Below, piece after piece: positions 24,449-36,049 of a stretch of DNA of 64,000 nucleotides (position 1 is the first letter of the stretch; every line of letters starts with the position of its first letter). Both the position numbers and the translations under genes were made by a program. The notes below the pieces were generated by a model. It worked only from the letters and a program-made list of their open reading frames with translations. It searched no databases and was not told the DNA's origin. The DNA comes from Scyliorhinus canicula (lineage: Eukaryota), in NCBI RefSeq assembly GCF_902713615.1, contig NW_024055431.1:1-64000 (forward strand), in the 5' to 3' direction.

Positions 24449-24950
24449 TCTCTCAGTCCGCAGTAATACACCGCGCTGTCAGACAGCCGCAGCTCCCGGA
24501 TGGTGAAATTCCCCTCACTTTTCGTAATGTCCAGAGATGCTGAAAATCGAGACTCCAGGCCCACTGCTCTGAAAATATCTCCGTATTTCGGGATGTAGAT
24601 CAAAAATGTGGGTGCTTCACGCCGGCCCTGTCGGTACAGCTGTAATGAATATGAAGTAGCTGTGGTCGAATAGCTGAAATTGATGGTCAGCGAGTCTCCA
24701 TCACACATTGTCGTTGTAACCGGCTCTTGTGAGACCGAGTCTGCACTTCTAACACCTGCAGAAATTTACAAATAGAGGAGTTTTATTTTTTTCATTATCA
24801 CGATGTTATCAATTGACATAATACATTGCAAACTTAGGCGAGACACATTTTAATGGATAATTCCAATATCGGTATCACGAGCAAAGTGTGGAACTTACCA
24901 GTTAAGACAGCTGCAGCTGCGAGCAATGTGTAAAAGGTAACAGCCAACAT
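24449..24950 (-). CDS. TRAV/TRDV: Atypical TCR V segment, family 2 copy 2 (open, lacks Cys23 and Trp41); exons 24950-24899 and 24755-24449
   Basis: Leader MLAVTFYTLLAAAAVLT with GTAAGT donor. V exon reads GVRSADSVSQEPVTTTMCDGDSLTINFSYSTTATSYSLQLYRQGRREAPTFLIY...SRFSASLD...LSDSAVYYCGLR. RSS CACAGTG-23-ACAAAAACA at 24448-24410. Confidence 0.88.
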
Positions 24951-25937
24951 GTTCACTGAGCTGGTGGTGGATTCAAGCAGAGTGAATTAAAGCTGAATTG
25001 TTTCAGGTAAGAGTTGACAAGATGTTGAGCCATATCCCACCTCGCTACTGATTGGTTCATTCCTGACAGACTGAAAAGGCGACACCCAATCAGCCCTCAG
25101 CTACTGTGTCCTACATTTCAACCAATCAGCTCAAAGTTTTTTGTTCTCAAACCTATGACGTCAGAACCAGGTGCCTGGAACCACATGAAACTGTTCTCAG
25201 AACAATGAACTGAACTGAAGAACTTCAGAGAACAAGAAATAGGAGCAGCAGTCGATCATTTGCTCCTTCACTTGGGCCTGCTCCGCCATTCAATAAGATC
25301 CTGGCTAATCTATCTCACATCCACCTTCCTGCACTATCCAAAAATGTCGCATTTACCTTAATATCCGCAGATCGATTGGAACCCTCTTTGAAGAAACTGC
25401 ACGAAACTGGAGGACTGAACAACTACGTTCCTCACAGACGTTCTGGGTTCGTTTAACAGACTGGGTTAAACAGCTGGCTTGTAATGCAGAACAAGCCCGC
25501 GCGGGTTCAATTCCCGCACAGGCCTCCTCGGAAAATCTCCGGATTGTGGCGATTAGCGACTTTTCACAGTGACTTCACTGAAGCCTACTTGTGACAATCA
25601 GCGATTATCATGAAATCACATTTTGGTTCTTTGTCGGGGTTAATATTTGAGGAGGGACACGGATTGACAACAGTTCATGCAGTTTTGATAAGAGAACGAA
25701 AGTTCCCCATTTAGAGATCAGCTCGGAGACCAGGAAAACTACCGTAAATTGCGATTTTACAGAGAATGAAAAACATTCAGCACCATAGAAAGAGATAATC
25801 TGGGCAAGCTGTTATTTCTAATATAGTTTTAATTGTACTAACACTTCTCAATCCAGGTGTCAGATCGGTTTAGTGAGAGGAGGTGAAAGTGTCTTACCGG
25901 TTTTTGTACGAAGTGACTCTGTCTGTGTAACAGTGTG

Positions 25938-26375
25938 CGGCTCAGAGCACAGAGATACACGGCAGAGTCAGAGACACGGACCCCGGTGATATTTAAAGGA
26001 ACTATTTTCTTATCCTTGTCCAAATCAGCAGAAAATCGGTCTGGGAAATCGGAAGACCTTTCTCCATTTCCCGTGCTATATTTCTTCAGTAGGTATCTCG
26101 GAGCTTCTCCTGGATACTGGATGTACCAGAAGAGATTATGCTCAGTATACTTTGCTTTGTAACTGCAGTCCAATATTGCTGTCTGTCCTTCCAGAACCGT
26201 TAATTCAGGTGGATCCTGGGAAGCTGAATCTTGGCTTCTGGTTCCTGTAACGACATATAGAATGTGTCAGAAATCTGGGAGTAAATATAACGCATGAAAG
26301 ATAGACTGAGGATTTGAGTTCAGACTCACCGGACAGCAAGGCCATTATTATCAGTAAAGCAGACAGGGAGCACAT
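25938..26375 (-). CDS. TRAV/TRDV: TCR alpha/delta V segment, family 3 copy 2 (intact); exons 26375-26330 and 26244-25938
   Basis: Leader MCSLSALLIIMALLS with GTGAGT donor. V exon reads GTRSQDSASQDPPELTVLEGQTAILDCSYKAKYTEHNLFWYIQYPGEAPRYLL...DSAVYLCALS. RSS CACACTG-23-ACAAAAACC at 25937-25899. Confidence 0.95.
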
Positions 26376-27275
26376 GGTTCCTTATAGGAGAATAAATAGA
26401 GGCACTCCTTTAAATATGTCGCTGCTTCGAGCCTAATATCAAAGTGTAAACTCTGATCAACTCTTGGGAAACTGAGAGGCGTTTCTCAGTGCTGCGATTG
26501 GCTGGCCTCTCAGCTCTGACGTCAGCTGTGTACCAATCACTGTCAGCTGGGGATTTATTGCGGCTGGTTCTCTCCAATCACATTCCAACCCTGACTGTGT
26601 GTTTTGGTCTTTCTCACTCACTTTCTCTGTGTCACATTATCAGTCATTCCGCTTCTTTCTCCGTTTAAATCGTTTTGCTTCGATCTCAGTGTTTACATCC
26701 TTCCTGAGGTAAATCTTTTTCTCTAATTAAGGTGAAAGATTAAATAAATATCTTAAAATCAGTCAAGTGCCATTCTGTATGTGAATATAATTAATAATTA
26801 TTGTGTTAAGGGTACAGTGGATAAATAGTGAGCCAACTGTACACCACGATGCGCTTCCACTAGGAACTTTTGTACCAGTAAAGTACTGATTTCAGTCAGT
26901 CATTATTTGTACCCCAGGAAATTTAGAATGTGACAACTCTGAAATTAAATCACTTTTAAAAGATGCCGCCTGATATATTTTCACCTGATCAAGAATGTTT
27001 AAAGTTACAGATATATTCAATTATTTACCCGGAGGATCTTCAGGTTTGTGCGAAGCGGGAAGGGAAATTATAGAACTTATTCCTGGAATAATATAACATG
27101 ATACAATTTCCAATAGTGACAATCATTGACTTCAGCGAGGGAAAACCATTCAGATGGAGCTGCATTGTCCAGTTCGTTATCTGAAAATGTTCTATTGGAA
27201 TTCCTGATAACGAGAACTTGATTGCCCACCTGCTCCAGTTTGTGTATGAGTCCGGCCGGGCCCTCATCCACTGTG

Positions 27276-27757
27276 GGTCTCAGCGCGCAGTAATACACGG
27301 CGCTGTCTGTCATCTTCAAATCTGTCAGGGACAAGTGAAAAGTGTTTTGTGTCCGGTTGAGTTTCCCGCTGAAGTGTTCAAAGCCGGGAGCCGTCTCATT
27401 ATACCCATAACTATCGGCTCTGAGCAGATACTGGGGAGCTCGGTGTGGATACTGGCGATACCAGAACAGGCCATAGTTTATAGCTGAACTCGATACCGAG
27501 TAACTGCAGGGTATTGCTGAACCTTCACCCTCTTCTGCATCGATTCTTTCTTCTGACTGGGACACTGAGTCTCCCTTACTCATCTCTGAAATATAGAAAC
27601 GGCACAAAGCGGGTTAGAAGGAGTAAGGTGAGGAGGGTGAGTACCAGGAGATAGAAATAAGAACACTTTTGGCAATTGTAGGATTTAGTACAGAGGTTCA
27701 ATATAATCAACCTGCGGTCAGGACAATAACCAGAGACAGGCAGAGTATCAGCCCCAT
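27276..27757 (-). CDS. TRAV/TRDV: TCR alpha/delta V segment, family 4 copy 2 (open); exons 27757-27712 and 27585-27276
   Basis: Leader MGLILCLSLVIVLTA with GTTGAT donor. V exon reads EMSKGDSVSQSEERIDAEEGEGSAIPCSYSVSSSAINYGLFWYRQYPHRAPQYLL...TDSAVYYCALRP. RSS CACAGTG-23-ACACAAACT at 27275-27237 (nonamer variant). Confidence 0.92.
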
Positions 27758-30700
27758 GTTTCGAGTCTGAACTCTAGAAAGAGAGACAGTTTTCACTGAC
27801 TGTACCAATCCTGTAATTGGAGACGATGAAAGATATAGGGAGATGTTGTGAGCGCGAATTAGATTTCGTCGCTCCGCCCACTTTCACGTCTTAAAGCAGT
27901 CGCTTCCTCTGGAACGGTTCTGTGATGTTGATAAATGATCAGAGAGCGCCCTCCAGTGGACAGCAAAATCGTCTATTGGAAACACACACGCGCACGTGCA
28001 ACGACATGTATGTAAAACATCTACACAGACATGCACAGACACTGGAATAAATTCCAACATGTGTTGACATGATTTTCGATTACATATTAGTCTCAATTGT
28101 CAACGATGAAAGTAAGTGAATAGGTCCACCTCCCGTGTTCAGCAGGAGACTCTGTTACAGCACAAAATCAACACAAACATAGACACAGAGACAAGTAAAC
28201 ACCGTGATAGATCCCCAAACTGATCTCCCAAACAGACACACAGCCAACCATTAAAGTATATAAGCAACTAGATTAACATAGCCATAGAAACACAAAAGAG
28301 AAATACCGTCAGAGACACTATCAAAATCCTTGGACTTTTCAGAGTGAGCTTTCTAAAATGGAATTTCCTGAGGTTGTCAGTGTGGTAATATCGTGCTAGA
28401 TAGTAATACTGGGATGTATTTCTCATTAACCATGAGGATCGATTGATAAAATCGACTACACTGTGGGATCTTTTGGAGAAAAGGTTTGAATGGATGGGTT
28501 TATATTTTGCAGACAGGTGCATTCTGGATACATCCATGATGTGAATGAGGCCGGTGAGGAAAGGGTAGATGCTGCACCCATTCCCGAGGTCTTGGATCGG
28601 ATTTTAGGCAAAGTTGGTGACAGCACAAGAAGACTGATTCCGTGGGCGGCCGGTAAGTGGGGTTCACGCGGACAGCGCCAATGTTCACAGGCAACTCATT
28701 GAAATCCCATTGTTGTTTTGATGCAGAACGTCTCAGGGATTCTATGTGTTAAAGGAAACCTGTCAAATTATTCTCATTCTGTCTGTAAATTGGACATTCT
28801 GAATTCTCCCTCCGTGTACCCGAACAGGCGCCGGAGTGTGATGACTAGGGGCGTTTCACAGTAACTTCATTGCAGTGTTAATGTAGGCCTACTTGTGACG
28901 CTAATAATGAATATTGTTATGAAATGAGGCTAAAGCGTTAAGAAGGGTTGATGTGGAGTCGAAATGAATACAGAGCAGTAAATGTTTATTTCCTTTTCAA
29001 GCAATGGAAATAATTAATCAGGATTTTAAGTTTGATTAGGTTTAGGTTATTAGATCCATTCAATTGCTCAGATCATCACATTTCAACATGTGGTTCCCAT
29101 AGCTGCACATTCCCCCGTTCAACTAAGGTAATCAGAAAAATAAATTAACAGCACTTGAGGCACTTTGCCATTTAGCTGACTTTAACTTACACGAATCTGC
29201 AATTAGCTGCAACTTGAATTCTGGGACCACCAGCGAAGGTGATGAACTGGTACATCAGTGGAAATGCTGTGTTGATAAATTAAGCCGTGCGAGGATTTAT
29301 TAAGGGCAAATCGTGATTAATTAAGTTGTTTAAGTGTTCTGATGAGAAGCAGAGATGGTTGATCTGAGTATTGCTGTTGATGAACTTCCAAAGAACATTT
29401 GATAATGTGCTGCAGCGCCACCTTGTGAGCAACAATGGAGCTCCTGGGGTAAAATGGGCAGCAGCAAGATCGAAAGGAAATTTCCAGGAAACCATTAACA
29501 GTGTAGACCAGCTGTTTTTCGGAGCGAAGGGAGATTTGTAGTGAATGTTCCAGGGATCAGCATTGCGGCATTTTATATGACACATTAATGACCTGGACCT
29601 TGTCTGAGAGGGGCAATTTTCAATATCTATGGATGATATGAAATGTGACAACATTGCGAACCATCGGTCAGATAATGTACAACTTCAAAACAACAAGGAC
29701 AGGTTTGTGGAAATGGCGTGAAATTGGCAGATTAAATTTAGTGCAGAAAAGTGTGAAATAATTCAAATGTCCTGCAGAATGCAGAAAGGCAAAATAAAAT
29801 AAAACGAATAATTCAGGATCGGAGGGAGCTTTGACAAAGGGTCATCTGGACTCTTTTCTCTCCTTACAGATGCTATAATAATAATATTCACTGTCACAAG
29901 TAGGCTTACTTTTCAATGAAGTTACTGTGAGAATTGCCAGACCTGCTGAAATTTTCCAGCATTTTCTCTATTGGTTTTTGATTCCAGCATCCGCAGTAAT
30001 TTGCTTTTATCAGAGAGACCTGTATGTATGTGTCGATAAATTACTGATGAGGGTAGGACAATTGTAAGACCGGTCATTAAAACAATTAATGGGAATTATC
30101 AATGGGTATATAAAATACAGAGGAAAGGACATTACGTTAAACTTGTATTACATCCTGAACACACTGAACTGAAGCATTGTGGGTATCACACTTCGGGGAG
30201 AATGTGAGTCATTAGGGTGGGTGCAGAAAATGCTCACGGGAATGGCTCCAGAGATGAGCAACTTAATCTCCGAAGATAGATTGGACAAGTTGCGACTATT
30301 CCCCTTGACCATTAGGTTACGAAGTGATCTGACGGAGATATTCAAAATCATGAGGGCTCTAGACAGAGTAGATATGGAGGAACCTATCCCACTGGTGAGA
30401 GGACCGAGTACCTGAGGTCACAGATTGAAGGAATTGGGGAAATAAGCTTGGAGACATGAGGACAAACAGTTTCAACCAGTGAGTGGTTAGGATGTGGACT
30501 GGACTGTTCGTTTGTGTGGTGGTGGTAGGGTTTATTGATGCTTTCAAAACAGAATTAGATTATAATCTCAAAAAGAAAAACAATGCTAGACTACGGGGAA
30601 AATAATGGCATTCCGCAAATTGCATCATTAGAGGGCCGACGCATATATGTCGGTCCAAACGGCCTTCTTCTCTGCTTAAAACACCCTCTGACTATGTTTA

Positions 30701-31444
30701 ATGGGAACGGCAGTGGGTTAGCTAGCATGTCACTGGGCCAGTAATTGAGATGCCCAGCCTTAGTCACTGAGGCCGTGTTTAAACCCTGCTGCAGCTGACA
30801 GTGTGTTTGAAAAATGCAAATAGAATGGCCCTGTAACTTACCAGGTAACATGGTGAACAACCGCTAGCCTTGCCTGTGAGGGCCACATCTAGTGAAATAT
30901 ATGTTTTAAATCAATAACTGCAATAGCAAGGTTTGGCCAGTTGATGGCAGTGACACCGTGATTGCTGACATTACGTGAAGCAGAGCATTTCTCAATTGTG
31001 ACTGCCAAGGACCCTGGATACTGTCTCTTATATTAGGTTAGGTCAGGTTCCTGATTTTATGACAGCAGTTCTCAGTTGTTACTGTGGTCAATCTCAGCTG
31101 TTAACATGATAAACTAAGGCCCATTTTATATTACACTGTATTGAGGAGGTTACGATAGCATGCAATCGGTTATTATAATGTCCATTTCGGAATTGTTACT
31201 TCAGTAGACTCAACTGATACTAACCAGAACTAGCTCCTGTTTGTATTACCTGAGGCATTGGTACAGTTATTGCTTTACCTGCCACGTTCCTCAGGGTAGT
31301 GGTCTGGGCCCAACCATATCCAGCTGCTTCATGATTGACCTTTCGTCCATCATAAGGACAAAAGTGAGGATGTTCGCTGGTATTTGCACAATGTTCAACA
31401 CCGTTTGTGACTTATTAGATTCAGTCCATGTCAGAATGCAACAA

Positions 31445-31668
31445 TGATGTGGAGATGCCGGCGTTGGACTGGGGTGAGCACAGTAAGAAGTCTTACAACA
31501 CCAGGTTAAAGTCCAACAGGTTTGTTTCAAACACGAGCTTTCGGAGCACGGCTCCTTCTTCAGGTGAATGGAAAGTTTTCCATTCACCTGAAGAAGGAGC
31601 CGTGCTCCGAAAGCTCGTGTTTGAAACAAACCTGTTGGACTTTAACCTGGTGTTGTAAGACTTCTTAC
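31445..31668. mobile_element. Penelope pLTR-derived insertion forming a 186-bp palindrome
   Basis: 92-bp arms around a 2-nt loop (31575-31576). Sequence matches the 3' end of the element at 13496-14629. 12-bp TSD AGAATGCAACAA at 31433-31444 and 31669-31680. Confidence 0.9.
31585..31619 (+). ncRNA. Minimal type-I hammerhead ribozyme motif (mirrored on the minus strand at ~31532-31566)
   Basis: CAC-CTGAAGA-A-GGAGC-CGT-GCTCC-GAAA-GCT-C-GTG: CUGANGA and GAAA cores, a 5-bp stem II, a palindromic AGCU in place of stem III, and a 3-bp stem I. Confidence 0.6.
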
Positions 31669-34640
31669 AGAATGCAACAAGATCTGGACTATATTCAGGC
31701 TTGGGCTAACAAGTGGCGTGCAGGCAGTGGCCCGATCTCACAAGAGAAGATCGAGCCATCTCCCCTTGACATTCAATGGCATTACAACGGAATCCCCAGT
31801 ATTAACATCCAGGGGCTGTCGTTGACCGGAAACTGAACTGGTGAACTCGCTGAACTAGCCATATAAATACTGTTGCGAACTGAACAGGTGAAACGCGAGG
31901 AATCCTGCCGCGAGAAACTCACTTCCTTACTCCCCAAAGCCTGTCCACCATCTACAGGGCACAAGTCCGGAATGTAATGGAATACTCTCCACTTGTCTGG
32001 ATGGGTGCAGCTCCAAAAACACTCGAGAGGCAAGACACCATCCAGGAGAGAGAGGTCCGTTTGATTGCTAACCTTTCCAAAAACATTAAATCCCTACGTA
32101 CCGATGAATAGTAACAGCTTTCTGTCCCACCTAAAAGATGCATTAGAACAACTCAACAAGGTTCCTTAGGCACCACCTTCCAAACCCACGAACAGTACCT
32201 TCTGGAAGTACAAAAGCAGCAGACACCTGGGATCACCATTTCCTGGAGGCTCCCCTACAAACCACTCACCATCCTGACTTGGAAATATATCATCGTTCCT
32301 TCACTTTGGCTGGGTCACAATGCTGGATTTCTCTCCCGAACAGGTATGTGGTACATATACCTCAGGAACTGCAGTAATTTAAGAAGGAAACTCACCTTCT
32401 GAAGGGCAACTAGAGATAGGACAGCAATGTTGACCTAACCAGCCATGCCCCAATCCCATCAATGAATTACAAAATACAGTGCAGTAATAACAGAGACAGG
32501 GCCTGGCCCAATATAGACAGATATATATGCGACAGTAGTGATCACACGAACTTGTCAAGAGAGCAATAAAAATTGATACATGGATTACGTAGGCATATGA
32601 AAGACAGCACCTGATCTAAATTAGAATAAGACTGTATTTTTGTTGTTATAATCGTAAAAATACTTTGTACAATGATGATTGGAATAGGTCAAAATAACAA
32701 TACAGGAAACAGGCTCTTAGAACCGATAGGAACACCGTTTACAGAAATAATAATAATAATTGTTACTATTATGATAAGTAGGCTTACATTAACACGGCAA
32801 TGAAGTTATTGTTAAAATCCCCTGGCCGCCACAGTACGGCGCCTGTTCGGGTACACTGAGGGAGAATTCGGAATGTCCAATTCATCTAACAAGCATGTTA
32901 ATAATAATTGCACTAATAACAGAGAATCAGAGCATTAAAACCTGAATGGCTATTAGTTTAACCATCACGTAGATAGCGCCTTTGTGTCCACCCTTATTGC
33001 ATACTGACTTTAAATGCACACAGCACAGTGATTGGTGCATTTTTCAAAATTGCAACCTGCAATCGACCAAGTCGGATGATGAAGTACAGCCAATCAAAGT
33101 TGGGTATGAAGTAACCATGTGTGTGTGACAGAGAGAGACGGCGCCTATTGATATCAGAGCAAATGGTTCGGCGCCTCATGATATATCAGATTTCCCCCCA
33201 AATTCTTAATTACGGAGTCAAGCGCCGTTCCAATATGAACTGGATGAAGTTAGTGTGATGGTAATAATAAACGAAAATGCTGGAATTGTTCTGCATGTCA
33301 TGCAGATTCTGAGATGAACAGAGTTCACGTTTCATGCCAATGATGGAATATCAGCCCCAAGTTCATCGGCCTGAAACGAACTGTATTTCTCTCTGAAAAG
33401 GTGACCGCCAGCGTAACACATCTGGCAGCACTTCTGTTGCTGAGCTGTTTGACCTGCGTTCAAATTCCACTCCAGGATTTGTTGACCATGGAAGGAGTGT
33501 TCGTGCAACTGAAACAGGTTATTGATCAGCCTCCAAAATATCCTTCCACCTCCCCGCGCCTTCCTCCGTGGGTGGAAATAATGTGAATGTACGAAAACCA
33601 AATTGATTTTCTATCCACTTTCTGGCCTGCTGAGACTTTCCAGCAATTTATGTGTTTATTTTAGATTTAGGGTACCTGTAGTGTGTTATATTTTTATTAG
33701 GTCTTGTCGGCTTTAACATGTTAGTGACACTCTCAGCCGTGATTCTCAATTCTCACGGTGTTAGTTTAGATTAAATTCCTTGTTTTTTGTCTTCATTATT
33801 TTCATATACACAGCAGGATTGAGGGAACTATTCGACCATAAGAATTAAGAACAGAAGTGGGCCATTCAGCCCTTCAAGCCCGCTTCACCATTGAATATGT
33901 TCAGATTCATGGTTCCTCGAACACTCACGAAATCCACATTCAAGCGTAAAGTCTGTAAACTTTTATTCACTTCCTGAATAAAAACCTTTCGATCTCAGCA
34001 TTGAAAATGGTCAGGGACTCTGGCTCCACAGCTTCCTGGGGTGACGAATTCACAAAATTCTCTTTCAGAGAACAAAACCTTCCACAAATCCGGCTTATTC
34101 TCAGTCTCTGCCCTCTGGGCAGACACTTATCCCATGAGTGAAGACATCCTCCCGACATGCACCCTATCTCACCCCTCAGAATCTAAAGGGTGAACGACAG
34201 AGCAACTCTGAACAATCTCTCCATCCAGCGAAAGACGGGTTCGTGGGACATCATACTTTTATGAATTTAAATCCCCCACTTTCTTCTTTCCAATTAAAGG
34301 GCCTGTAGCGTGGCCAATCCAACACTGTGCAGATCATTGGGTTGGAGGTGGGGGGGGGGGGGGGGGGGGCTCAGACAGACACGGTGAGAATGTGCAAACT
34401 CCACACAGACAGTGACCCGAGGCCGGGATCTTACACGGATCCTCAACGCCGTGAGACAATAGTGCTAACCACTGCACCGCCGTGCCGCTCTCCTGGGACA
34501 TCAATGATGTTTGTCATTCCTTCCAACTTCGAAAAAAACAAACATCTTCGCTCTCCTTGGATTTGTGAAGTGATTTACAACGGCCGGAGCAGGGTCAGAC
34601 TGGCTTCGAATACATAAATGCATAGATACATATAATCTGG

Positions 34641-35705
34641 TATAATGATAATCATAGAGACCGGCTCCAGTGTACCAATAACAGAGACTGCCAGGCCCGG
34701 GCTCAGTCTGGGGTCTGGTATAATAATAATCACAGAGACCGGCTCCAGTGTATCAATAACAGAGACTGCCGGGCCCGGGGTCAGGCTGGGGTCTGGTATA
34801 ATAATAATCACAGAGACCGGCTCCAGTGCATCAATAACAGAGACTGCCGGGCCCGGGGTCAGACTGGGGTCTGGTATAATAATAATCACAGAGACCGGCT
34901 CCAGTGTATCAAGAACAGAGACTGCCGGGCCCGGGGTCAGACTGGGGTCAGGTATAATGATAATCATAGAGACCGGCTCCAGTGTATCAATAACAGAGAC
35001 TGCCGGGCCCGGGGTCAGACTGGGGTCTGGTATAATAATAATCACAGAGACAGGCTCCAGTGTATCAATAACAGAGACTGCCGGGCCCGGGGTCAGACTG
35101 GGGTCTGGTATAATAATAATCACAGAGACCGGCTCCAGTGTATCAATAACAGGGACTGCTGGACCCCGGGTCAATCTGGGGTCTGGTATAATAATAATCA
35201 CAGAGAAAGGCTCAAGTGTATCAGTAATAGAGACAGCCGGGCCCGGGGTCAGACTGGGGTCTGGTATAATAATAATCACAGAGAACGGCTCCAGTGTATC
35301 AATAACAGAGACTGCGGGGCCCGGGGTCAGACTGGGGTCTGGTATAATGATAATCACAGAGACCGGCTCCAGTGTATCAATAACAGAGACTGCCGGGCCC
35401 GGGGTCAGACTAGGGTCTGGTATAATAATAATCACAGAGACCGGCTACAGTGTATCAATAACAGATACTGCCGGGCCCGGGGTCAGACTGGGGTCTGGTA
35501 TAATGATAATCATAGAGACCGGCTCCAGTGTATCAATAACAGAGACTGCTGGGCCCCGGGTCAATCTGGGGTCTGGTATAATAATAATCACAGAGACCGG
35601 CTCAAGTGTATCAATAACAGAGAATGCCGGGCCCGGGGTCAGACTGGGGTCTGGTATAATAATAATCACAGAGACCGGCTCCAGTGTATCAGTAACAGAG
35701 ACTGG
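34641..35705. repeat. 78-bp minisatellite, ~13.7 copies
   Basis: Unit TATAATAATAATCACAGAGACCGGCTCCAGTGTATCAATAACAGAGACTGCCGGGCCCGGGGTCAGACTGGGGTCTGG, with unit starts every 78 nt from 34641 to 35655. Confidence 0.96.
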
Positions 35706-36049
35706 TTATAATCTTCGATGATGAAGCAGGGGACCTCATGAACGGCTGATTTTAATAGGAAGTGAAACTGTCAGAAAGCAATGATACTGAGGGCCTTAGC
35801 CTGTGCTTCGGTGTCATGGTGAGTGACAGGGATGTGTGTGGTAAAAGCGAATGGGAAACGCTGATGAGTGAGGGGCGTGTGATTGGCCCCACCTGGGATA
35901 TTTTCTACCCAATGGGAGGATAATTATGGCAGACTCTACAATGGCGCCTCTGTCAGGGGAAACGAAAACATCTGTTTTTTCTCATTCTTACCAACAGTTC
36001 TCCATTTACACAGATGTGCAAGAGCCAGTTCCGGCAGTTTCTGGTTTCT

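Larger units (their letters stand above)
21654..32142. repeat. Tandem segmental duplication, unit 2 (four V genes)
   Basis: Paralogous to 10232-21349, with the same gene order and orientation. Confidence 0.92.
31285..32440 (+). mobile_element. L2/CR1-clade LINE RT and 3' fragment, interrupted by a palindromic Penelope insert
   Basis: VPQGSGLGPT...VRMFAG motifs; continues beyond the end of the duplication homology. Confidence 0.75.

Noticed and set aside
33401-33586. Signal-peptide-like ORF MTASVTHLAALLLLSC
   Set aside because: GTG start, no splice donor or downstream V exon, and the minus strand looks like a decayed SINE fragment.
34641-35705. CRISPR-like array or repeat-protein gene
   Set aside because: The units are contiguous with no unique spacers, the context is eukaryotic, and open frames are expected from a stop-free unit whose length is divisible by 3.
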